64,000 nt of DNA from a virus: the IMG/VR virus record IMGVR_UViG_3300027852_000003, positions 1 to 64,000 of that record. One strand, written 5' to 3'. The notes below the pieces were generated by a model. That model had not been told where the DNA came from. It did not search any database and saw only the letters and a list, made by a program, of their open reading frames with translations. The translations under genes and the position numbers were made by a program. Shown in pieces: positions 50,127-59,500 of the stretch. Each line of letters begins with the position of its first letter. Position 1 is the first letter of the stretch.

Positions 50127-52214
50127 ATGCCAAAACATAAATACCACGAAATAGAATCATTCCAAGGCGGTTTAAATTTAAAAACAACGCCCAAATTGAT
50201 AAATTCTGATGAAGCTTTTGTTGTTGATGACGCTACTCTGGATGAATCGGGATCGATAAAAAGCCGGTCGGCAAACGAATTATATTTAACGAAAGCCAAT
50301 ATTCAGACTATTCTTAAATATGGGAATAATCTGCTTGCAACTGATGCCAGCAATCTTTACACTGTTACGGCGAAAGAAGCTTCTTCTGTATTGAAATCCG
50401 GGTTTGGCGGAGAATTCCAGGCAATAGAATACGGCGATTTTTTATATTTTCTTAATGGAACATATTTCTATAAATATAACGGTACGGATATAACCCAGGT
50501 AGGAATAGAAACGCCGATTCTATCAGGTGGTTCCATTACCGAAAAAGACAAAGAGGGGCTTGATTTTTGTACTGAGGCATGGACAATTCCGGCAGGCCCC
50601 ACTGGTTCGGGTGTAACATCGTCTTTTGACCAGACCGACTTTAAGGAAGGGAACGGATCGGTAAAAATAACTTCTCCCGTCAAATTGGGAGTTACCACTG
50701 TTCTTGCTCATAGCCCCGATTTTGCGGCTGTTGATCTTTCTTCCTGCACCGATGTTGGTTTTTGGATAAAAGTAAATACCGGAACTGCTGCGGGAGAGAT
50801 TCAATTATTGCTTGACGACACTACCGCTTGTGCTTCTCCTTTAGAAACAATAGACATCCCTGCGCTTCCGGTTGATTCATGGACGTATGTTATCGTTGAA
50901 TTAGCAAACCCGGCAAGCGATACGGCCATAATATGTGTTGGGCTTAAGCTTCCGACGGGGATATTGCGGCCTGGCGTTGCATGGATTGACAGTATAGTGG
51001 CAGGAGGCGGGCCGCTTTCCGGCAAATACTCTTACTATGTTTCCTATTATAGCGAATATGGGCAAGATTCCGCTCTCTCTGCCTCCTCCGTTGAAACAAC
51101 ATGGACGGTAAATTCTCAATTGGTGCTTGCCGGTATTCCTCTAAGCTCTGATTCACAGGTAGAAGGCAGGAAACTTTGGAGGACAGGCGGGACTCTCTCT
51201 ACCATAATGCTGGTGGCTACCATAGAGGACAATGTTACAACTACATATACCGACAAAATTAGGGACACAGACTTGACCACTGTTTGCACAACAGCAGACC
51301 ATGCTTCCCCGCAAGCGAATATTGGGAAATGGATAGAAGAGTGTGATGGACGTTTCTGGATGGCAGGGGATACCGACAACCCTAGAACTTTGTACGTTTC
51401 AAGGCCGGGGCTTTACAAAGAAGCATGGCCGGTTGATTATACAATAGGTTTTTCAGAGGATATTACCGGGATTAAAAATATTAATGAGAACTTAGTTGTC
51501 TTCACCAAAAAAAGAAATTGGAAAGTTGTTGGAGATACCCCGGATAATTTTGACAAACAGGATATGGCTTGGGACGGAACTTGTTATAGCCCCGAATCTG
51601 TGCGGTTTTTTAGAGGATATCTTGTTCTCAGAGGGCATGATGGAATTTACATAACAACGGGTAACGACGTTCCTGCCTTGCTCTCAGGAAGAATAGGCGA
51701 TTATTTTACTTTAGCCGACACCACTGCTCACGCAGAAGTTTCAGATAATAAATATTTTGTGTCGAATGATAGCAAAGTGATAGTTGCCGATTTGCTTTTT
51801 TTCCCGGAAAAAATATCTTTTGTCAGGCATGATTATAGCCCTAATTGTTTTTTTTATGACAAGGAAAGTTTAATTCTTTATGCTGGGGATATTACTGGAA
51901 TATACAAAATTGGAATTGGCTCCGATGAATCTTTTACCTGGCGTAAAAATCAAATAAAATTTGAATATGCTAATTTGTATTCTTATTTGCGTAAAATGTG
52001 GGTAAATGTAAATGGAACTTTATCCTTCAGCATTTACGCAGATGGTGCGAGTACCGCAAGCTATACCGGCACCACCACAACTTCTTCGATGACAAGGCAG
52101 GAATTTAGTTTTCCTGCCACATTAAAATGCAAAACTTTTGATTTGGAAATAACCTGTACAGGAGAAATTGAGCCACCTTTGACTTTTTTGTTCCTTCCGT
52201 GCATTTTACAATAA
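50127..52214 (+). CDS. Large tail structural protein (695 aa)
   Basis: ATG at 50127. Assigned by size and position in the tail module. Confidence 0.7.
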   Translation: MPKHKYHEIESFQGGLNLKTTPKLINSDEAFVVDDATLDESGSIKSRSANELYLTKANIQTILKYGNNLLATDASNLYTVTAKEASSVLKSGFGGEFQAIEYGDFLYFLNGTYFYKYNGTDITQVGIETPILSGGSITEKDKEGLDFCTEAWTIPAGPTGSGVTSSFDQTDFKEGNGSVKITSPVKLGVTTVLAHSPDFAAVDLSSCTDVGFWIKVNTGTAAGEIQLLLDDTTACASPLETIDIPALPVDSWTYVIVELANPASDTAIICVGLKLPTGILRPGVAWIDSIVAGGGPLSGKYSYYVSYYSEYGQDSALSASSVETTWTVNSQLVLAGIPLSSDSQVEGRKLWRTGGTLSTIMLVATIEDNVTTTYTDKIRDTDLTTVCTTADHASPQANIGKWIEECDGRFWMAGDTDNPRTLYVSRPGLYKEAWPVDYTIGFSEDITGIKNINENLVVFTKKRNWKVVGDTPDNFDKQDMAWDGTCYSPESVRFFRGYLVLRGHDGIYITTGNDVPALLSGRIGDYFTLADTTAHAEVSDNKYFVSNDSKVIVADLLFFPEKISFVRHDYSPNCFFYDKESLILYAGDITGIYKIGIGSDESFTWRKNQIKFEYANLYSYLRKMWVNVNGTLSFSIYADGASTASYTGTTTTSSMTRQEFSFPATLKCKTFDLEITCTGEIEPPLTFLFLPCILQ

Positions 52215-52223
52215 GGTTGCGAA

Positions 52224-53834
52224 ATGTTACGACCTTTAAAACTCACAACTGTTGATACTACAGGGGTAAACAGGCTTTTTGAAGATGTTTATCAGCATTT
52301 AGGAAAGATCGAAAATGCTGAGAATTTGGTTCGTTCTCTGAATGACTTAACCGGCCCGGTTTCTTTCACAGGCAGTGGCGGGGCTGAAGTCACGACTTCA
52401 GGGGCGACGGTTACTGTTAGCACTCCGGTTGCCGACTCTTTATGGGAGGATAAAACAACTTATATTTCGCCAGCCGGGAACAAAGATGTTTTGTTGAGAG
52501 GCGGGTCAAGCTTACAACTTTACGACGGGATGCTGGGAGACAAAATGATAGAACTGGATTCTGACGGTTCTAAACTATTGCAAATAGGGATGCTGGGATA
52601 TGATACTTTCAGTGATAAAATGCCGATTGAGATAAGAACTCTCAGGATGACCGATGGTACAGTGAAAGCAGTTATGAGGGCAGATGCTTATAATAGTTGG
52701 GCGGCTCAGCCATCGGGTACAGAGACATGGATATTCCAGGCCAATGGGCAAAGAACTGCCGGGGAAGGCGACTTTAATGCCTTTAACGCCAGTATAGGAA
52801 ATATTAGTACGGCGGGAACAGTATGCGGCCTCAATTCTTATTGTTATACTGCCTCAACCGGGAATCTAATAGGCATGGAAACAGGCGTAGTTCACGATGG
52901 TGTGGGAAGCGGGGGGCTTGTCTGCCAGAACTTAGCTATGAAGAAATTGAACGCTTTTGCTGCTTCTCAATATGGAGTAATAACGAGAATTTATAACAAT
53001 GGGGCTACTGAAAAAATAGACCGACTTTTTTCAATTGCCCAAGCCAGCGTATCAGGGAATGCTGTTACGTTTGCTGAAAAAATCATGGGAAAAGATCCCG
53101 GTCTCTGGACAGGTAATACTCCCAGGTTTGATTATGGGCTTGATTTCAGCGACTTTACTTTCAATACCGCTGCCATGAGAGTCCCTTCCGGTTCGCCGAT
53201 AGTGTTAGACGGAACCACTGGGACATATTATATAAAAGATACTGGGGCAAGCATAAATGGAAATGTTTATGCTACGGGGAGAGTTGGGATTGGAAGAACT
53301 AGTTTTTTGGCTAATGAAAGTTTAGTTGTTCAACATGCAACTGCGGGGCATGGCAGGGTTTATACAAACGAAACAGCCACTGGTGGGGTCAACATGCCGG
53401 GCTTTGGCATATACAATGAAGGGGTATTTAAGGGGGCCATTCTCTACAGTGAGGCTACTGATCTTGTTGAGGTTTGGACATCTTCTACCAACCAAAAGTT
53501 CCAGATAGACTTAACCAATAATTGTTTTTGTTTCAAAGCACAAGGCACGATCACGAAATTGTTCCCCTACCAAGCTGATGCCCTTGCAGATGATGGAACC
53601 GTTAATTTGCCGGATGCTACAAGTGGCATGGTATTTGCCTCGTGCAATGCTGAAGCCGGGATGTGGTTAGTACAAAATGATGGAGCATGTACTAAAATAA
53701 GCGGTTCCACCAATACGGCGGCCACAGATTCAGACACCGATTTATGTGTTTATGATGGAGGCGGGACTCAGGCAATAGTCAAAAATCGCCTAGGTGCAAC
53801 CGGCGAAATCAGGATAATCTATTTCTATAATTAA
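52224..53834 (+). CDS. Tail fiber/spike-like structural protein (536 aa)
   Basis: ORF track entry, Gly/Thr/Ser-rich. Confidence 0.7.
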   Translation: MLRPLKLTTVDTTGVNRLFEDVYQHLGKIENAENLVRSLNDLTGPVSFTGSGGAEVTTSGATVTVSTPVADSLWEDKTTYISPAGNKDVLLRGGSSLQLYDGMLGDKMIELDSDGSKLLQIGMLGYDTFSDKMPIEIRTLRMTDGTVKAVMRADAYNSWAAQPSGTETWIFQANGQRTAGEGDFNAFNASIGNISTAGTVCGLNSYCYTASTGNLIGMETGVVHDGVGSGGLVCQNLAMKKLNAFAASQYGVITRIYNNGATEKIDRLFSIAQASVSGNAVTFAEKIMGKDPGLWTGNTPRFDYGLDFSDFTFNTAAMRVPSGSPIVLDGTTGTYYIKDTGASINGNVYATGRVGIGRTSFLANESLVVQHATAGHGRVYTNETATGGVNMPGFGIYNEGVFKGAILYSEATDLVEVWTSSTNQKFQIDLTNNCFCFKAQGTITKLFPYQADALADDGTVNLPDATSGMVFASCNAEAGMWLVQNDGACTKISGSTNTAATDSDTDLCVYDGGGTQAIVKNRLGATGEIRIIYFYN

Positions 53835-53843
53835 GGGGGTCAA

Positions 53844-54158
53844 ATGAAAACCATTGTTTTGTGTTCCAAGAAAGTAAAACCACGTAAGAATGATAAAGAA
53901 ATTGTGCTGGAATCTACGTCATTTTTTAAATATGCTTTAGAGAATTACCCGGAAAATTTGAAAGGAATAGAAAAAATTTTGACCGTAGGCAGGATTATAG
54001 AAAAAATAAATTTGGCAGAAGGGTCACAAAGTTTAGAGTTGGAAGATGCTGAATTTGATATTTTGAAATTATCTTCTGACAAGGTTTCGTTTAACCCGAT
54101 CATGTTACATGCTCCAGAGATTTTGGAGGCTATTAAAAAAGCAGAAAAGGAGGGATAG
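53844..54158 (+). CDS. Hypothetical protein (104 aa)
   Basis: ORF track entry. Confidence 0.65.
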   Translation: MKTIVLCSKKVKPRKNDKEIVLESTSFFKYALENYPENLKGIEKILTVGRIIEKINLAEGSQSLELEDAEFDILKLSSDKVSFNPIMLHAPEILEAIKKAEKEG

Positions 54159-54159
54159 C

Positions 54160-54582
54160 ATGTCTTTTTGGTCTGGGAGTAAAAGTAAAACATATGCTCC
54201 TTATGAAAAGTTTTCGGATGAATATAAGGGTATTGTAGAGCCTTATTATGCCGATATCTTCAAACCTGAGTATTATGATTATTCGTTAGGCGACTTTTTA
54301 TCAGGAGCGCAATCTCAAAGGGCTAGAGGGCAAAGGGGTATGGAACAAAATCTTGCGCTAAGAGGGCTGTCTTACGGGTCAGGATTCGCAGGGTATGAAC
54401 GGTCGAAGCTTGACAGGTCGTATATCTCCAACATAGCAAAAGCCTACTTGCAAGCAAGGTCGACTGAAGAAGAAAGACAACGATTAGCCATGTCAGGGAT
54501 AACTGACATGTTTGCGGGGGCTAGTACTTCTCATGGGCCAGGGATTGGGTATTCCTTTATCGGCAAATTGCTTGGAAGTTAA
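54160..54582 (+). CDS. Virion-module protein, tandem paralog A (140 aa)
   Basis: AAAAGGAGGGATAGC precedes the ATG at 54160. MSFWSGSKSKTYAPY... parallels the next gene. Confidence 0.7.
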   Translation: MSFWSGSKSKTYAPYEKFSDEYKGIVEPYYADIFKPEYYDYSLGDFLSGAQSQRARGQRGMEQNLALRGLSYGSGFAGYERSKLDRSYISNIAKAYLQARSTEEERQRLAMSGITDMFAGASTSHGPGIGYSFIGKLLGS

Positions 54583-54655
54583 TTTATTTAACGGGAGGGA
54601 GAAAGCTTCCCTCAAAACTCATTGTTTTTGATGGGTTTTGTAAAACAGGTATAGT

Positions 54656-55225
54656 ATGAGTATTTGGTCTGGAAGCAAAAGTAAAACATATGCCCCTTAT
54701 CAAAAAATGCCTGATGAGTATAAAGGTAAGGTAGATCCTTATTATGCAAAAATTTTCAGTCCCGGATATTATGATTATTTGCTGGGCGATGTTTTGGCCG
54801 GAACGCAAACTCAAAGGGCTGGCGTTCAAAGAGAGATGGAACAAAATTTGGAACTAAGAGGATTGTCCCGTAATCCAAGATTCGCAGGGTATGAACGTTC
54901 AAAACTTGATAGATCATACCTTTCCAACATAATAAATGCCCGCTTAAAAGCAAAGGCAATGGAAGAAGAAAGACGGCGATTAGCTTTGTCAGGGATAACC
55001 GGCATGTTTTCCAGCTCTGGGCTTTCTCGTGGGGCAGGGCTTGGGCATGGAATAATTGGTGGAATCGGGGGGCTATTAGGTAAGGCAATATCAGCATATT
55101 TAAGCAAAGGCAAAAAAACTCCGGGGGGTAGTGGCTCTATCAGTGGTTCTACCGGTAGTTCTACCAGCGGCTATAGCAGTGGTTCTAGCGGTGGCTATAG
55201 TGGTGGTGGCGAAATTCGTACTTAA
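54656..55225 (+). CDS. Virion-module protein, tandem paralog B with a Gly/Ser-rich tail (189 aa)
   Basis: MSIWSGSKSKTYAPY... with the C-terminal GGSGSISGSTGSSTSGYSSGSSGGYSGGG. Confidence 0.7.
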   Translation: MSIWSGSKSKTYAPYQKMPDEYKGKVDPYYAKIFSPGYYDYLLGDVLAGTQTQRAGVQREMEQNLELRGLSRNPRFAGYERSKLDRSYLSNIINARLKAKAMEEERRRLALSGITGMFSSSGLSRGAGLGHGIIGGIGGLLGKAISAYLSKGKKTPGGSGSISGSTGSSTSGYSSGSSGGYSGGGEIRT

Positions 55226-55241
55226 AAGTAGGAGCATTAAA

Positions 55242-56579
55242 ATGCCGACAACAGAAGAATATCAATTACGGCAGTTATTACAGCAGCAAGCTCAAAGACC
55301 TAGCGGTGTAGGGAGTGACCTGATGTCAACATTGGGTTACGCTCTTGGAGGCGGGTTTAAACAAGAAGCTGCTCGCCGAAGCAAAATAGATGAATTGTTC
55401 CAGGTTATGCGGGAGAAAGAGCTTCAAAGAAAAGCTCAGGAAATAGAGCAGGAACAATATGAGCGAGGCATGGAGAAAGCCGCCTACCAGGAAAGATATT
55501 TACAAAATATTGGAGGGGCTGTAAATAATTTTAAAGAATATGGGGAAATGATAGGCGGGACTGGTGCATATACTTCTCCCCAAGATACGGCAATTCCCAA
55601 CATTGTTTTACCTACATCGCAGGGGGGGTTTGAAGAAATTCCCAGGCAACCGAAATATGTTCCTTTTTCATATCCTACCCAGAGGGAAAAAGCAAGCAGA
55701 GAAATACAGACCGCAGGGGATACCGCGAGAGCGGAAGAGACTGCAAAAGCAGATGCCAAAAGAGTAGAGGAAAAAAGAGCAGAAGCGGAAGGGCTTGCCA
55801 GGCTTACGGAAGCCGTAGAATCGAAAAATCCGATAACGCTGAATAAAGAAGAACTTGCTTTATATAAATATGTCCAGGAGCAAAAAGATAAAAAGAAAAT
55901 GCTGTCAACTATCCGGGATATTCTTGCTACCGGGGCAGACCCAAAAGACAAGAAACAAAGGGCTGAATTGTTTACCTTTGCGATAGAACATGAAATAAAA
56001 GACCCGGTAAAGTTAATAAAGACGTTATATGGCGGTGATTATGGCGACAAAAAAGTAAGCAAACTAACCCTTCTGAAAACTGCTCAAAGTTTGGCGAAGG
56101 ATTTCGGAGTTTCTCTTGCGGAAGGCAGATTACATGCAAGGCATTATATTTCCGGCGAACCCTTGCCGGAAGGAACCCCGCCGTTGAAAAAAAGAAAACC
56201 TGTGAAAGAAAAATTTACCTCTTACCAACAACATCAAATGAAAAAAAATGTTGAAGCGATTATCCGTGATGTTGGCATTGGGGGGGGCTTAAGCGAAGAA
56301 GAAATCGAAAACCTGAACTCAAAATTAAGGCCATATGGATTAAAAGCCAAAATGGAAGAACTAACAGGAGGAGGGCAATTTATTGATCCTTTTGCCACGC
56401 ATAAATTTCTTGGGGTAGAATCAGCAGGGGCAGAAGACGAATCTTATGCCGAGCCGTCGGCTTCAAGCTCTGGAGAAAGTTTGCGCCAACAAGCTATCGA
56501 TATATTAAAAAGAAATGATTTGGCGGTAGATGAAAAACAAATTGCAGCAGTAATGAAAAAAATAAAGGAGAAGCAATGA
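55242..56579 (+). CDS. Lys/Glu-rich coiled-coil-type internal virion-like protein (445 aa)
   Basis: AGGAGC precedes the ATG at 55242. The track's upstream extension overlaps the previous gene. Confidence 0.7.
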   Translation: MPTTEEYQLRQLLQQQAQRPSGVGSDLMSTLGYALGGGFKQEAARRSKIDELFQVMREKELQRKAQEIEQEQYERGMEKAAYQERYLQNIGGAVNNFKEYGEMIGGTGAYTSPQDTAIPNIVLPTSQGGFEEIPRQPKYVPFSYPTQREKASREIQTAGDTARAEETAKADAKRVEEKRAEAEGLARLTEAVESKNPITLNKEELALYKYVQEQKDKKKMLSTIRDILATGADPKDKKQRAELFTFAIEHEIKDPVKLIKTLYGGDYGDKKVSKLTLLKTAQSLAKDFGVSLAEGRLHARHYISGEPLPEGTPPLKKRKPVKEKFTSYQQHQMKKNVEAIIRDVGIGGGLSEEEIENLNSKLRPYGLKAKMEELTGGGQFIDPFATHKFLGVESAGAEDESYAEPSASSSGESLRQQAIDILKRNDLAVDEKQIAAVMKKIKEKQ

Positions 56580-59500
56580 TGCCGGTTTTAGACGAAGCAA
56601 CCGGTATTGATTTATCCGGTCTTGAACCAGCAGCACCTTTAAAAGATAAGGAAACTGGCATTGACTTGTCAGGGCTTGAGCCTAAAACTCCTGATTTAAC
56701 TTTTGGTAGAGCTGCCGGGAGAATAGGAGCAGAAACAAAAAGAATAGCTTCTAGCGCTTTGGGTTCTATTCTGGGAGGAGTAGAAGCCCAAGAGTCTTTA
56801 AGAGAAAAACGTGCTATTGAAACATTATACGAAGATATGGGGAGAATGCCTCCCGGAACCGCAGAAATAGGACAACAATATGATGAGCCAATAATCCCAC
56901 CCCTTGAACCCCGTCCGGGAGCGACCGGGCAACAATATGACGTTAAGCGACTGTTAAAAAGAGCAATAGAATCAAAAGCGTTACAAGTTTCAGAAAAATA
57001 CGAAAAAAGTTCCGGGTGGTTCGAGGATGTTATCGGCCAAGTCCCGCAATTTGGGGCAATGCTTGGGGCTAGTATCCTTAACCCTGCTTTGGGAATGGGC
57101 TTTATCGGTTCTCAAATTATGGGAGGGCAATATTTATCCTTGAGAGAACAAGGGGTGAAACCGGAACGTGCGCTTGTTTATTCTTTGGTAAATGCGGTGG
57201 TTCAGGGTGGGCTGGAAGGAATAGGAATTTCCAAGATAATGAAGGCTTGGAAACCACAAAAAAGTTTGATTCAAAGAATTAGAAGAATAGTAGAGGCAGG
57301 TGGAACGGAATGGTTGACAGAAACAGTGCAAGCTGTTCCCGAAGCGTTTACAAATCTTTTTGCCTTAAACCCTGACAAAAAAATGCTTACAAATCTTGGC
57401 GATTTTTTAAACGAATTGCCTGAAGCCTTAAAGTCTGGGGCTTATGAAGGAACTGTTGTTTTGCCTCTTGCTTTATTGGGAGCAGGAGCAGGCCAAGCAC
57501 GAACAGCAAGAACACAAACAAACCGAAGGGAAATAAGAAAAGCAGAGATTCTCATCGATAGAGAACTTAAAAAAGCAAGGGCGCAAAAAGAGAAAGTGAG
57601 GCAAGAAGAGCTTAGCAACCAACAGGTTTTACTAAAAGCTGCGAGAATAAAACTTGGCGCAACCCTTAAAAAAGTTGAGGCAGAAAAAAAACCAGAAGAA
57701 AGAAGAGCTGAAAAAGAAGCAAGGGTTAAAAAAGCTAACCTTGAACACGAAGAGAAGATCCGGCGAAAGAGAGCAGAATGGCAGAAAGCCAAGGTAGCGG
57801 AGAAGAAGAAACCCCCGCAGGAAACCCCCAAATCGGCCGAATTAGCCCCTAAAACAGAAAAGAAGATAGAAGCACCCTTAAAAGAAAAGAAGGTTGCTGA
57901 AGCCAAAGAAAAACGTCCTGTTATCCCTGAATTTAAATCAACCAATGAAGCTCTTGAATTTGGGAAGAAAGCTACACCAGAACAGATGGAAGAGTTGGCA
58001 CGGCTCAAAAAAGAAAGCAATGAGCGTTTTGCTGAGATGAAGAGCAAGAAAGCCAAGTCTACTGACGATTTGCAGGCAATGTCTAATGAAGCGACAAAAG
58101 GACAACTTTATCGGGAAGCTATAGAGTGGAAAGAAGTAGAGAAGCAGGGGGAGGTGGTTAAGAAGGCTGTTGTTGAAGAGAAGAAAGCCGTTCCTTTGCC
58201 GAAAATAGAAGAAGCGAAAGATTTAGGCAAGAAACCATCGGAAGAAAAGATTGTTACTGTAGAAAAAACAGGCGTAAGGGCAAATCTCAACCCTGACCCC
58301 AGAGTAAGATTTTCAAGCGAAGAAGCTTTATACCATGAAGATGCTCCCAAGGGGACAGTTGCCCAGTTTTTAACAAAAGAAAAAATAGAAAGTAAACATT
58401 GGGGCAAAACAGAGCAGGATGGGCTTACAAATGGTCATTGGATAATTCGCAAAGACTTTATTCCCCAAAATTTAAAAAAGAGAAGCGAAAAACACCCGTC
58501 ATCTTCAGTTCGCTATGACGAGTTCGGTGTCTCCCCGGAAAAAGAAATAGGGGAAGCAAGTACTTATTCTTTTGGGATAAAAACAAAAAAAAATGATTAT
58601 TCCATTTTTAAAACCAAAAGCGGCATTATTGATGCGTTCGATAGCGAACAGATTGGATATTTAACCAAAAATATTCCTGACTTTAGCTTAGGGCTGATAG
58701 AAAAAAGTCATTTCGCAATAATTATGTCTGGCAACAAAAAAGCCGGGCTTATTGCTTCAATAGAACATGGCTTAAATTTGGAAGGGCTGAAAGACAAAAC
58801 CGACAAAGTTGGGGTTAAAGAAAAAGTTGCTAAAGAAAAATTCCCGGAAGCCGTAGCAGAAAAAGGTAAACCTGCCGCAAAACCTTCCCGCCCTTACAAA
58901 AAAGGCGACACAATAACCTATCAAGGCAAGCAATTCAAGGTTCTGAAAGTTGATCCCGGCAAGGATATTCTCAAGCTCAAGGGAAAATATACCACCTTTC
59001 AGACTTCTATTAAAAAAGCGGTTGAAAAAGGCTATGAGATAAAAGAAAAAAAAGCAGAGCCACAGCTTGCGTTAGAATCAACAATTTTGCCCAAGAAGAA
59101 AGCTGTTGCCAGAACCCCGGTTGCGGATATAAACAAAGCCATTAACCCTATCACCAACAAATGGAAAAAAGTTGCTGGCATAACCCCTCACGTCAAAGTT
59201 GCGCAAGATATTAGTGAGCTTCCCTTGCGGTATCAGGACAAAATTGGCAGGCAGGTGAAAGAAGGCAAAAGGGTTAAAGGTTTTTATGATTCAAAAGAAA
59301 ATACTGTTTTTCTTCTTGGCAATAATCTCAAAAGCGTTGATGAAGCTCTTCAGACTTTGGCGCATGAAACCTTTAACCATGCCGGACTTGAAAAAATAGT
59401 AGGCAAAAAGTTTTATGACCAGGTATGGAAATCATTTATAGCGAAAGATAAGGCGATATTTGGCTCAGGGAAAGATGTTTCGGCCACTAATCTCTATAAA

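Noticed and set aside
57442-58056. 204-aa antisense ORF inside the giant gene, with similar cases at 18929..19597, 55484..55951, 59518..59922 and 38635..39034
   Set aside because: These are complements of Lys/Glu/Ala-rich coding sequence that give stop-poor Ser/Phe/Leu-rich frames. They have no SD and are fully embedded in well-supported genes.
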